A DNA stretch of 63,998 nucleotides, the filler included, from Malassezia furfur (Eukaryota): the NCBI GenBank assembly GCA_052055015.1. It is 3 parts of 3 records of this genome, joined end to end, with 100 filler letters (N's around TTAATTAATTAA, not from the genome) between each part and the next. Parts side by side here need not be neighbours in the genome. Positions count along the whole stretch, not along the records: positions 1 to 22,134 come from JBQJIT010000160.1; 2 more parts are not named here. One strand, given 5' to 3'. Shown here piece by piece: positions 1-11,967 of this stretch (position 1 is its first letter; the number at the start of each line of letters is the position of its first letter). Under the pieces are notes generated by a model, which made no database searches, was not told the DNA's origin, and saw nothing but the letters and a program-made list of their open reading frames with translations. The translations under genes and the position numbers were made by a program.

Positions 1-1260
1 CGCACGCCACGGCGCCAGCGCGAGGCCATGATGGGCGACGCCAAGTCGGAGCACCTGCTGCTCGCCGCGCGTATGCTGCGCACGCTGCGGCACGCGACGC
101 GCTCGCCGAGCTCGATGGCAACCGACCTGTCGCCGAGCAAGTACAAGACGGACGCCTACCACGCCGAGGCGCCGCCGCATACCCCCCGCGCCCGCGACGC
201 GCTGTATCCTACGACGCCGAAAAGCACCGCGCCGCGCCCGCGCGTCGTCACGGACGAGCGCACGCTCAGCGCGCGGTCGGAGCCAAGTGCGCCGCTGAGC
301 GGGATCGACGAGCTGCTCTACGCCGCACAGTCGCTGCGCGGTGCCGACGCGCCCACGAGCGGGGCGCCACGCGCAGACGTGCCGGTTGAGGCCTCGTCGC
401 CGCTGCACGCCTCGCCGCTGCACGCATATCCGAGCGCGCCGATGTTTGGCAGCCCCAAGCGGCGGCGTGTCTCGACGTCCTACATGGACGTCGACGAGGA
501 GCTGCACGCCGGCCCCCGCGCACCGTCTACGCCGCAGCGGCCCGCACACGACAAGCTGTCGGCGCTCGACGTGCTTGCCGACCAGGCGGCCGCACACGAG
601 GCACCGCACGCGCACGGCCACCGGCGCACGCACAGTTCGTCGCAGGCGCAGCTCAGCGCGCCTGCCTGGACGCCCGTCGCGACCAAGACGGCGAGCGCTT
701 CGGCGGTCAAGCCGCGCCCCGTCGGCGGCAACCAGAGTCCGGAAAAGCGCCTACCGTACGTGCGCTGGTCCGCCGAGGAGGACACCAAGCTGCGCCGCGC
801 CATCAAAGAGTACGGCCAGCGCTGGGAGCATGTGGCCCGTGCAGTCGGCACGCGCTCCTACCACCAGTGCCGGCAGCGCTACCTGCTAATGCGGCGCAAA
901 GAGGCGGCAGCGAACGGCACCGCGTCGCCGAGCAAGGCTGGCGCGCCCAGCGCGCCGCGTACGCCGTCGCGCACGCCCACGCGCCCGACGCACGCGCCGC
1001 ACCCCACGCCCTTTGCCACGGCGCACGCGCCGGGGCGCGCCGGCGACGGCGAGGAGGGCAGCAGCTCGTCGAGCTCGGCATCGAGTGCGCACGACACAGA
1101 CGCGCGGCACGCGCTGCCCCCGCTCACGCAGCCGCAGTTTACCTCGCCCACGCGCTACGACCGCGCGTTGCCCCATCCCCATGCGCACGCGCACCACCAC
1201 CCCGCGTCGTCCCCACAGCCGTTCCCCCACGGGCGCGTGGGGCCCGCGCTCTATAGTTAA
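1..1260 (+). CDS. Myb/SANT DNA-binding domain protein, probably 5'-partial
   Basis: YVRWSAEEDTKLRRAIKEYGQRWEHVARAVGTRSYHQCRQRY is a Myb repeat. The frame is open from base 1; the first ATG is at 28. Confidence 0.8.
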   Translation, partial: RTPRRQREAMMGDAKSEHLLLAARMLRTLRHATRSPSSMATDLSPSKYKTDAYHAEAPPHTPRARDALYPTTPKSTAPRPRVVTDERTLSARSEPSAPLSGIDELLYAAQSLRGADAPTSGAPRADVPVEASSPLHASPLHAYPSAPMFGSPKRRRVSTSYMDVDEELHAGPRAPSTPQRPAHDKLSALDVLADQAAAHEAPHAHGHRRTHSSSQAQLSAPAWTPVATKTASASAVKPRPVGGNQSPEKRLPYVRWSAEEDTKLRRAIKEYGQRWEHVARAVGTRSYHQCRQRYLLMRRKEAAANGTASPSKAGAPSAPRTPSRTPTRPTHAPHPTPFATAHAPGRAGDGEEGSSSSSSASSAHDTDARHALPPLTQPQFTSPTRYDRALPHPHAHAHHHPASSPQPFPHGRVGPALYS

Positions 1261-1842
1261 TGGTCTGTCTGTGTAGGAAGCGCCAACCGCTCCGTGGTGA
1301 GACACAGGACATGGTATAGCGGCAGGGCCCACACGGTGCCGGCGAGCAGCGCAACGACCTCGTGCGGCGTCGCGCGCGGCAGCGCGGGCGCGCCGCCGGC
1401 CAGGCCATACAGGTGTGCGGCCCACGCGGCCTGTGCACGCGCATAGTACGCCACGAGCGACCAATGTGCGCCGAGCGGCAGGCACCACGCCGCGCCCAGC
1501 ACCGCGACGTGCGTTGGCGCGGCGTCGGACGCGAGCGCGTACACGGTATACGCGGTCGAGGCGCCCGCGAGCGCAGCCGCGCGCATCGGGACGTACCCTA
1601 GCGCCCATAGCGCCACGAGCACTCCCACGTTCGCCTGGGTAAGCCGGCCAGAAAACACACCCATCCATAGCGCACGCCGTAGCGCCGCGCGGTGCGCGGG
1701 TGTGCGTCGATCCACGCACTCAACTGCATGAGCGCCAGCGCTGCATTAGTACCCCCTCGCGTCACCCACCGAGCGCCACGACGAGCAGCACGAGCGCGGC
1801 GCCCCCCACGGCCCCCGCATACCACCCGAGCGCGCTCGGCAT
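1257..1842 (-). CDS. SVP26: Svp26/Erv26/TEX261-family ER-Golgi cargo adaptor, 3 exons
   Basis: ATG 1842; introns 1741-1769 and 1635-1660. Spliced protein MPSALGWYAGAVGG..ALALMQLSAWIDAHPRTARR..EVVALLAGTVWALPLYHVLCLTTERLALPT follows the Erv26 hydrophobic pattern (recognised from memory). Confidence 0.65.
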
Positions 1843-1865
1843 CGAAGTGGAGGCTCCGCGCCGCG

Positions 1866-2542
1866 ATGGACGCCGCCCAACCCCCGGACGCGTCGCCGCT
1901 CGCGCACGCGTTCCCGCGCATTGCGCAGCTCTCGCGCGACGAGCTGCGTGAGCTCGTCGAGACACCCTCCAATGCACACGAGGCACGCGAACAGGCCGCA
2001 TACGTCGATGCCCTGCTCCATACGCTGCCCGACGTCCGCGCCCTGTACGACGAGCACGAGCAGCTGCTCCATGAAGTCGAGCGCGCCGCAGGTATGCACA
2101 TGCACACGCGCCTTCTCACACAGCCCAAAACGAGCAGCTACGTCCGGCACTGCTCGCCCTGCGTGCCCAGACGCGCGCGGCGTACGACGAAGCGTGCGCA
2201 GCCGACGCGGCGTGGCCTGCGATCGAGCGCGAAATGGACGAGGCCTACAAGGTACGTGTGCTACCGACTCATTTAGCGCTTCACACCCGCTGCGCTGCAA
2301 ACGCGCCTGCAGCTCGCGATGAACGAGGTGCACGACGAGAGCGAGGCGCTCGCGAACGCCTACGTCGAGGGCCTGCCGACCTCTGCGGCCGGCGACGTGA
2401 TCGATGTACGTTGCACCTTCTGCGCTACTTACTCCAGGACACTACGTTCGTGCGGCAGTACCGCGCGCTCCGCACGCTTTACCACCGCCGCGCCAAGCTC
2501 CTTGAGCAGTGCGCGCGGCAGCGCGTCCAATGGCACCCCTGA
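1866..2542 (+). CDS. VPS37: ESCRT-I subunit Vps37 (Mod(r) domain), 4 exons
   Basis: Introns 2092-2123, 2252-2276 and 2406-2437 join the frames into ..FTPAALQTRLQLAMNEVHDESEALANAYVEG..FVRQYRALRTLYHRR. Confidence 0.75.
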
Positions 2543-2656
2543 CCCTCGGTGAGTCCACGTGCGCAGATAGCGTGTGGAGGCGCACGTGTGCTGCGTGCGG
2601 CAGCCGGGCCCAAGAGCCGCCGGTGGGGGCACGCCTGCTGCCTCTCTCACGGCACC

Positions 2657-3094
2657 ATGTCGACGCAGCCTCTCTTGCAGCGCACGGCGGGGAAGCGCAT
2701 TGCGCTCCCCGTGCGGGTCGAGCCTAAGGTGTTCTTTGCGAACGAACGTACTTGTATGTACTGGCACACTCACACGCAGTCCTCTCGTGGCTCAGCTTCA
2801 CCGTGACGCTCTCGGCGCTGGCTGCGGGTCTGCTCAACTTCGGCGACAAGGTCGGCCGCGTGAGCGCTGCGCTGTTTAGCTTTGTCGGTACGTTTACACA
2901 CACGCAAGGCCCACTCATACCCAGCCGTTGCGATCATGCTCTACGCGCTCGTCACCTACCACTGGCGTGCGAACGCGATCCGGAACCGCGGCAGCGGCCC
3001 GTACGACGACCGCCTGGGTCCGACGATCCTCTCGGTGCTCCTGCTCACGGCCATTCTGGTCAACTTTGTGCTGCGTTTCAACGAGGACGCATAG
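2657..3094 (+). CDS. VTC1: Vacuolar transporter chaperone 1, 3 exons
   Basis: [45 protein letters not shown]; introns 2754-2779 and 2888-2924. Confidence 0.95.
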
Positions 3095-3223
3095 ACCCGC
3101 CGCTGTCCAGCTGAACCCTGGCAGCAGGCGGATAGTACGATAGGGAGAGGATTAGCACGATGCACGCCCGTGTGGGGTTCACACGGGATTGGTCACACTA
3201 GGGGTATCTACAATGCCATTGCT

Positions 3224-3777
3224 CTATGCAATCGCCTTTTGCGCGATGGGATTCGCGTGGATCGTGACGCCCCGCATGCGGATCTCCTCGACCGGCCGGT
3301 GCTTGGCGTCAACGGGCACCTTTTCCATCGCGTCAAGTGTGCCGCCCAGCTCAGCACCATCAATGACCTTGCCAATAATGGTATACTTGCCGTCCAGATG
3401 CGGCTGCTTACTGTAGGTGATAAAAAACTGCGGTCAGTGCACACGCGCCGCCGTACCTGCGACTTGTTCGTGTTCGGCGCGCTGTTAGCCATCGCCACGA
3501 TCCCACGCGCGTTGAACTTGAGCGTCGGCCGGATCTCGTCTTCAAATGGTGCACCCCAGATCGACTCGCCGCCTTTGCCGGTTCCCGTAGGGTCGCCGGT
3601 CTGTGTCAATCTACCACGTACCTGGATCATAAACCCAGCCATGTTCCGGTGCCACTTCACTTCATCGTAGACGCCCGCCGCACAGAGTCCGAGGAAGTTT
3701 TCAGCAGCGCGCGGCACGATCTCACAGAACACCTCGACCTTGATGTCGCCCAGCGACGTGTGCAGCGTCACACTCAT
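3224..3777 (-). CDS. PPIL3: Cyclophilin-type peptidyl-prolyl isomerase (PPIL3/Cyp10), 3 exons
   Basis: [48 protein letters not shown]; introns 3601-3621 (21 nt) and 3428-3456. Confidence 0.9.
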
Positions 3778-3857
3778 CGTCTGGGTGCGCAAGGAAGGCA
3801 CTCGATGCTTTGTCAGCCTAGGCGATTTTGGCCTCTTTTACGTGCACGGGCGTCGTC

Positions 3858-6800
3858 ATGCACGCCGACGACGCCAAAGCAACGCTCGAGGATGCGGCGA
3901 TCCTGACCGGCGACCGCGACGCCGCGCTGCACATTGAGCGCGCACGACGCTCGCGTGAACAGATCATGCGTGGCGAGGGCAAAGAGGGTACGTTGGCTGC
4001 TCACGCCAGCGGGCATGCAGCAAGTTCTGGCGCAGCGCTTGCACCACTTTGCACAGACCAACACGTTTCGCAACGTGTCGCGCGACCTGCCCCTTTCGCA
4101 TCCTGATGGAAAGGATGCGGACCTCTTGCAGTTGCAGCGCAATACAGGGTGGCTCTCGCTCGCCTCGCTCGCGCAGCTCCATCACCTCGTCGCATGCTCG
4201 CCGACCCCCGCCCCGCGGGGCAGTGAACCTGCCGCCCTGCTTGGCGCGCGCGACTTGGGCGTCATCAAGCAGCTGCTCACTGCAAGCTTTGCATGGCTCG
4301 TTGTGCCCCTCGTGGAGGCGTACGACGCCACGTACGGCGTCTTGTTCCCCAGCCTGGCCGGCCGCATGTCGGACGACGCGCGCATCCACGAGGCGGACAA
4401 GGACGAAGCATTGTGGCACAGCGCCAATACGGACCTCGTGCGAGTCGCACGCGTGCTTCTTGCGCTGCTGCAGCCAGGGGATCCGTCAGCATCGCACACA
4501 GCCCTGCCCGTCTCTCGTGTCGCCCGAACGGACGTCGCGGTGCTGGTCCTACGCATCTACTTTGTGGATGTACTTCGTGTGCTCGTGCGAGTCTCATTTG
4601 GGCCTGCATCGGCGGAGTTTTCTGACGACGCACAAGAGGCACAGAACCAGCTGCATGCCCTGCTCGAGGCGCTGCCGACGTCGGTCGACTTGGCTGCACT
4701 GCGCAGCGTTCCGGCGGTGAGTGCACTGTCTGCCCACGTCCGCGGCGGGGCGCCGCGCATCCCGGCATTTGTGCGCGAGCACTGCGGGCGCCTTCTGTCT
4801 GTCCAACTCCTGCGCCCCGAGGGCGTGCGCTCCTTGTTAATCGGCGTCCTGGGCGCGAACGAAACGGACATGCTGAGCGGCGATATTGGCGACGATTTGG
4901 GCGACGCTGACAGTACGTTCTCCTCTCTAATCCAGCCACATTCAAGCGCCTTGACAGTGCCACCAAACTCTTGACGACACCTCCCAAGGGCATGAGCCGC
5001 ACAGCGTACTATGAGGCCATCCTGCCGCATGTGCTTTCCGTACTCGACCCCGTCACGCCGCCGCATACCACCCCAGTCCATGGCATGCACCGACGTGCGG
5101 CCGCATTCACCATCATGCGCATGCATGAGCGCAGTGCCGACGCCGTGCGGGCCTCGCTGAACCCGGTTGTGTTTGACGTGCTGGGCACCAACAGCGCCTC
5201 GGCTGCCGACGTCGATCGCGCGCTGCGTCTGCTGGCCGCCGCAGTGCTGCTTTCTCCGCCGTCCCCCGACTTTGTTCAGTTCCTGGTGGGCTCGAACGCA
5301 GCGCGTCTCTTTGCGCTCGATTCCTTCTTGGAGCGGGCGCCCGCGGCCAAAGTAGCCGTGGCCGACGAGACACGGTCGCTCGAGACCCAGCGGAATGAGG
5401 TGCGTGAGGTGCTGCACACCTGGCTCCGTCTTGGTTCGAGTCGGGAAATAGTTGATACGCTCAGCCAAGTGCTGGACAAGGCGGGGACGGCCGACACGGC
5501 TGCATGGCAGTCGTCGAGGAACGGTGTCCAACTGGTGCCACAAGAGTACGCATATGGTCTAACCCAGCCCTGCTGTGGCCAACGAGGCCGGCATCCGCGC
5601 CTTTTTGGACTCAGGTGCACTCTCGGTCGAGCCGGTCGTGTCCATGGACCAAGACGCCGAGCCGCGGCTCCCTGCCGAGCTGTTGCGCTCCCTCGACTTT
5701 CCGATACAGCCTCAGCGTCTTGTCGCGCTGTTGAAGCGTGCTGACCGCAAGGACGTCGCGAGTGAACTATTGGTGCGCACGCTCGAGGGGTATGCCCGTG
5801 CGCAGAAACAGAGCGAAGCACAGGTCACGGTCGGCGACGTGAGTACTGCCGAGCTTGAGCAGCGCGCGGTCTTCAACCTGCAGCTGATGGGACAGTTGCT
5901 CGAGGCGTTTGGATCGGAGCTGCTCAACGGCGATCTGGACCGCATCTTGCACTTTATCGACTATGCGTGTACGCAGCCACCGCACGAGCCGAGTCAGGAG
6001 CAGGGAACCATGGCGACCCTGCTAAACATCCAGAACGAATCGGCGGACGCTGCTCCCGCCCACGACTGGGAACTCATAACCACCGCGCTGAATCTGCTCC
6101 TCTCGCTGCTCGAGGGCAATCCCACCGTCACACTGCAGAACACGCCCATGCTCCACGTGCTTCGCGCGAAAATCGAGCACCTACGCGATGCACCGAACGG
6201 CGACGTCCGCTCACTCAGCCAAGAGGTCGTGTTGGTGCTGACCGCACGCGAAAAACAGACCGCGCCATCGACCGAGGCTGCCGAGCAGCCGAAGTACCTC
6301 GATGTATACCAAGAGGCCCTACGGTACTTGCAGGACCCCATTATCCCAGTCCGCGCCCATGGTTTGCACCTCCTCGCCCAGCTGGTATCCAAAGACACCC
6401 GGGATGTGTCGTACGGAAACACATTGGATCCGGCGCTCCTGCCGGCCATCTTCGACATTTTCGTCCATGCCATCCAAGATGAAGAAAGCTTCTTATACCT
6501 GAATGCCGTCAAGGGGCTTGCCCAAATGACGGCGCACTGGCGCGACGCGACGCTTCGGCCTCTCATTGCCCTGTACGTCGGCGGCGAAAAGACGGAAATG
6601 AGTATGACACGCGCTTTGGCATATGGACAGGAACTATCTCAGCGCGAGACGGACAAGCGACTACGCATTGGTGAAGCCATTCTGCAAGTCCTTCAACACT
6701 GTGGCGAGGCCATCACCCCAGCGATCGACGTGATTGTGAATCCGCTTCTCACCGGCGTGCGCAACCCACGATTCTCTGCGACACTACGCAGCTCGTTTAT

Positions 6801-7428
6801 TTCCATTCTGGGCACCTGTGTGGAATTTGCTCCAACAGCACTCGCCTCTAGTGGTGCAGCCAACGAGATGGTGCAGTTGTGCGGCGACTTAGTCAAGATC
6901 GAGAGTGTGCCTCGATCCATGACGCGCAAAAGTGCCGTGACTGGGCGCGTGACAGGCCGCGACGAACACGGAAACACAAAAACGATGCAGCTCGATGAAG
7001 AAGAAGAGAAGGAACAACGCGATGAGCGCGAAGCTCGCGCAGGTATTGACGTGGACCCTAAGCTACCCCAACTACGTGGCTCGGCCTTGCTGCTACTTGC
7101 GGTCCTTCTGCGATCCACCCGTCATCAGCTCGATGCCTTTGTGGAAGATCGAAGTCGAGACATTGAATCAGATGGGCCAGATACGCTGACTTCCCTGCGC
7201 CTGCCGGGCGGTAGTATGCTCCCAGACACGGGCGCAAAGAAGAAGAGCCATGCGGCACCGGCGCTTCTCGTCTCGCTGGACGCAGCCCGCCGTATTCTAC
7301 CGACGGTTTCATATACATCGAGCGAGGATGTGGATGCACTCGTTCAGCAGCAGGCGCGTGACTGCATCCAGGAAGTACAATTGCTCGAAGCTGCCTATGT
7401 GACGGCGCACGCTGCTGGGCTTCCTTAG
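3858..7428 (+). CDS. RTP1: RNA polymerase II assembly factor Rtp1/TANGO6-like HEAT-repeat protein, 4 exons
   Basis: C-terminal LQDPIIPVRAHGLHLL..IQDEESFLYLNAVKGL..DKRLRIGEA motifs. Introns 3988-4009, 4913-4935 and 5546-5567 join four ORF segments in frame. Confidence 0.8.
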
Positions 7429-7482
7429 GCCTCCACACGGCGATCCCCACAATGCAGGTGCGCTTGCCCGAATTTAGTGAAC

Positions 7483-7533
7483 GTGCGCGGACCTAAAAAA
7501 TGTCACAGTGCGCGGACCTAAAAAATGTCACAG
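7483..7533. repeat. Perfect 25-bp tandem duplication (GTGCGCGGACCTAAAAAATGTCACA x2)
   Basis: Read directly at 7483-7507 and 7508-7532. Confidence 0.95.
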
Positions 7534-8160
7534 CCACATAGAGCCGGCAATAATTCGATAAGACGTACCCCAGGATTACATTGAGCTGTTCTCGTACGCA
7601 AGCCCCCCAACCTTAGCAGACACACTGTTGACCAGACCGTACATGGAGGTAGCGTCGCCGTAATACAGAGCCTCTTTCGCCCTAATTACAATGTTGCTCT
7701 TGTCCATAAGCACAGATGACACTCGCACTGTATCCGTATCGGCCATACCTGACTACCTAGCTATGGCGCTCGTGTTTAGATTGTCCTAGCTCCCGGATGA
7801 TACCACCTGCTCTCGTAGCTTCGATGTGTTCGAGCATGTTCGCATTGATCGAATTGTGGCACGCATCGGTTCTACTCCGAGGCACAAAGCCCGGGGATGC
7901 ACCGTGCCAAACGTCACAGATCCGTGGACCGATCGATGCTAACAGCGCCTTTAGAATATGCACCGATTCCCCCGTGTCAACTTTAATTGGCCTCAATGTG
8001 CACGTGAGGCGCGGGGCCGCATACACTTTTTCCCAGCGTGCAGTCCGTACACATTATTGCCTGGTCTGTTCGCGCCAATTCACCGTGGTTGACACGGAAA
8101 ACAGTCGACCTGTGGCGCCGCATTACTTCCATCTTCCAAGCCCTTCCAACGTCTGCCAAG

Positions 8161-9211
8161 ATGTCGACGACAGCTTTCCAGCCACCGATGCCCGAGTGCT
8201 GGTAGGTACAATTCACTCATGCGCAGGGGCCACCGCGGTGCCTCGGCGGCATTTCCTGAGAACACGCTGGCCTCGTTCGAGCAGGCCATCCGTGATGGAT
8301 CGGAGGGGATTGAGAGTGGTATGTGTTCATACTTATGAAGACGTGCATGTGACTGCCGACGATACGCTTGTGATGTTCCACGACACGACGCTCGACCGAA
8401 CAACCAACAGCAAGGGTGCGCTAGCGCGCAGGCCCTACTATGGCCCGGAAGGCATCGAGCACGTCCGCACGATTGAGAAGCCCGTGCAGCAGATCCCGAC
8501 CTTTGATCAGCTGTGCGAGCTGTTGATGAAGGAGGAGAACCGTCATGTGAAGCTCAATGTGCGTCTTATCCGTGGCTGACCCAGGTTGATATCAAACCGG
8601 ACAATGACCCCGAGCGGCTCTTCACCTTGATGGATAAGATTGTGCGCAAGTTCCACAACTACGAGAAAGACCTTGCGCCGCGGTTGATCCTTGGCCTGTG
8701 GCACCCGAAGTTCTTGGAGCCTGCGAAGAAGCATGTACCCACGCTCTTCCGCGCGCACATTGGTGCGTCGCCGGCAGATGCGCTCAAGTACTTCTGGGAC
8801 GACTGCGGTGCCTTTTCGCTGTGCTTCCCTGCGCTGGTCACGGGTGAGGGCCAGAATTTCCTGAAGCGTGCCAAGGAGGAGAACAAGGACGTGATGGTTT
8901 GGACCGTCAATCGCATCGATGAGATGATTGAGGCGACGCGCTGGGGCGTCAAGGCCATTATCACTGACCGCACCGATGTGCTGCACAAGCTGCGCGAGGA
9001 GATGGCTCAGGACTTTATTGCCACGGAGAGGAAATACGTCAGTCCGTGGTTCCGGTGGGCCAACTACCGCTACTACACACCGACGGCATGGATGTATGGC
9101 CAGATGTGCTCCCACAATGTCGAGGAGCGTGCAGGTGTATGTATACGATGGCTCACGCAGATTACCTATGCTCAGAGTGCCCAGCAGGCCCGTGCGGCGG
9201 CGGCATCGTAG
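8161..9211 (+). CDS. Glycerophosphodiester phosphodiesterase (Pgc1-like), 5 exons
   Basis: ECWGHRGASAAFPENTLASFEQAIRDGSEGIESDVH..MFHDTTLDRTT; introns 8202-8226, 8319-8340, 8559-8584 and 9137-9160. Confidence 0.88.
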
Positions 9212-9246
9212 TCATGTGATTGTATAAGTGCGTTGTGTTCTCCACC

Positions 9247-10401
9247 ATGTGGGTGCTCCGAGCGGCGGTGGTGGTGCTGGTGAGTGCGTGGGCGGCGCTT
9301 GCGCTGCCCAGCATTCCCAAGGACCTCTCTCGCTTCCCTGATGACCTATTTCAGCCGCTGCCGGTGGTGATCTGGCACGGGCTGGGCGATTCGGCCTACT
9401 CGCCCTGGCTGCTGAAGCTGAAAAAGCACATCGAGACGATGTACCCCGGCATCTTCGTACATCTTGTGGCCATCAAGCCAACGCTCTTCTCGGATCAGCG
9501 TGCGACCGTGTTTGGCAATGTCAACGATCAAATTGATCTGGTGCATCGCGAGTTGAATGCGATCCCAGAGCTGCGCCACGGCTTTGACGCCGTGGGCTTC
9601 TCCCAGGGCGGGCAGTTCATGCGCGGCTATGTCGAGCGCTACAACGCACCAAGAGTGCGTAACCTCATCACCTTTGGGTCGCAGCACATGGGTATCACCG
9701 ACCTACCTGCGTGTCAACCTTTCGACGCACTGTGCCACACCGTGCATGGGTTGGTGGAAGGCCGTGTGTACTCGGACTATGCGCAAAAGAGCATCGTCAC
9801 GGCGCAATACTTCCGTGACACGCGTACGGAAGAGCAGTTTGCGCTGTACAAAGAGCGCAACAAGTTCCTGTACGACATCAACAACGAGGGTCCCAAGAAG
9901 AACGCCACTTACAAGGCCAACTTAGAGCGGCTCGACAAATTCGTCATGGTCAAGTTCTCGGAAGAGAGCACTGTGGTGCCGGCCACTTCGTCGTGGTTCG
10001 CAGCGTACCCGGACCCTGACCGCCACGAAGGGCGTGCGAACGCAACGATCCCCCTGCGCCAAAGCGCCCTGTACGAAGAGGACTGGGTCGGCGTGCGAGC
10101 GCTCGATCGGAAAGGCGCGCTTGCGTTCCACGAGTGCCCGGGCATGCACATGCACCTGAGCCCCGAATGCATCGCATTGACGTTTGGGCAGTACATCGGC
10201 CGCCCGCGCGTCGTGCGCCCGTGGTCGGAACACGTTCACTCATGCCGTGCAACAACGCTGTCGGCGTCTGTGCTCCTATGGAGCTGTATCATATTCGTTC
10301 TGCTAGGTCTCGGGATTCGGCGCATGCGCTCCCGGCGTGTGCCGGAGCATGGCCCTATACATCTCGTGTCCGAGACACCGAGTGAGGTGAAGAGCTATTA
10401 G
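9247..10401 (+). CDS. PPT1: Palmitoyl-protein thioesterase 1
   Basis: Signal peptide, VIWHGLGD, GFSQGG nucleophile motif and C-terminal TM segment. Confidence 0.9.
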   Translation: MWVLRAAVVVLVSAWAALALPSIPKDLSRFPDDLFQPLPVVIWHGLGDSAYSPWLLKLKKHIETMYPGIFVHLVAIKPTLFSDQRATVFGNVNDQIDLVHRELNAIPELRHGFDAVGFSQGGQFMRGYVERYNAPRVRNLITFGSQHMGITDLPACQPFDALCHTVHGLVEGRVYSDYAQKSIVTAQYFRDTRTEEQFALYKERNKFLYDINNEGPKKNATYKANLERLDKFVMVKFSEESTVVPATSSWFAAYPDPDRHEGRANATIPLRQSALYEEDWVGVRALDRKGALAFHECPGMHMHLSPECIALTFGQYIGRPRVVRPWSEHVHSCRATTLSASVLLWSCIIFVLLGLGIRRMRSRRVPEHGPIHLVSETPSEVKSY

Positions 10402-11917
10402 AGCTTCTTCGGCCGGTTCGGCAGCTCGGTCTGGGTCTGGTGGAACGGCTTCAAGGCCCGTCCGAGCCCAAGCCAGAAGGCCGCAAAGGCAACGGCCAGG
10501 ATAAAGAATCCATAGTAGTCGGCACTCTTCCATGCACGCAGTGTCGAGCCAAGGTCAAGGGTCAGGAACGAAATCACGGCGAAGTCGACGGTGACTTGCG
10601 TCGCGATAATGGAACAGATCGAATACACCACCTGGAGCGGCGTGTACTCCCGGAACGTGCACAGCGTCGGATCCGGCGTGCGGATGTTGGCAAAGAACAC
10701 GGGACGCAGCGACTTGCGCAGGAGTCGCGCAATGTACTGGTAGAGGCCAGCGAGGATAAAGGTCATGTAGTATCCCAGCGAGATCCCGTGCCAGAATGCA
10801 CTGACAATAAAGGTCACCATCATGCTCTTAAACCCTGGGCGCTTCCCCGGCTTGGCGAGACGCTTGTACACATTCTCGCGGAGCCACACGTTCGTGTTAG
10901 AGTTCCATGCATCCAGCAGCTCTTTCCAGTTGTTCGCAAACATCACACCGCGCACCGAGACGTTCTTGCACCGCGTCCAGATCGGCTTTTTGGTCACCGG
11001 GTCTTCGCCCAAGTAACCCAGACCCGACATGACGCACGCAGCATCAGACATGGCCCACAGTCCAAAGTAGCGGAATCGAACAAACACGCCGGCCAATTGG
11101 ACAAATCCAAAGCGGTGCCAGAACGAGGTGCTCTGCAGCACATCCTTGGGATCCGCGAGGCGCTGGTAGCTGAACTGCTCCATCGAGTAGCCCTGCATAC
11201 CAAGGGCCAGCGCGCCAAACGCCATGCTCTTGAGGGAATGCACAAGGCCACCGGGAGGGGGCAGACTCCGCGGCGCGTACAGTTCGTTATTGGCCCAGCG
11301 CTGGTAGTCGGCAAACCGGGTCGAGGGTCCCACAAGCACACCGGGGAAATAGAAGCTGGGTCAATGAAGTGCGTACGTACCAATATCCGTAAAACTCGAG
11401 CAGCGACGGCATCTGCGTAATCTTGCTCGCGCGTTGCGTCTCGTCCAGGTCCTTCACGGAGCGCATCTGTCCATCGTAGCAACTCCATGCAAAGGAGGTT
11501 AGGTTCATGCACAAGACCATGTGCATAGAGGAGATCTCCACGGTCGTAAGCGGGACATCGTTGAGCTGACGCGCGAGATGGCTGGGTAAGTCGAGGGACG
11601 TACGTGCAGAGCATGTGTGCCATTTCAAACGCAAATGCGACCCAAGGCATATGTTTCCCACCAATGCGGAAGTACGCGATCAAGTAGACTACCAGCGAGG
11701 TCGCGACAAGCTGCACAGTGCCGCTGTACAGATGCAGCACTCCCCACAGGAAGAACATCGACACGCTAATATTCATAACATGGCGCAGAGAAGCCGACGG
11801 AAGCCTCGGCAAAATGGGGCTTAGCACATACGCCAGCACTAGACATCCTACAATCTTGATATAGTCCGGCGGGATGTCGAACTGCTCCGAAATCCAGTGC
11901 GCCATAGGATCAATCAT
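10398..11917 (-). CDS. ALE1: MBOAT lysophospholipid acyltransferase, 3 exons
   Basis: WNSNTNVWLRENVYKR..SAFWHG MBOAT motifs; introns 11582-11603 and 11356-11380. Confidence 0.9.
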
Positions 11918-11967
11918 GGTGAGAACCGGGATCTCAGATTTTGCTCGGCCGAATGCACGGGCCAAGT

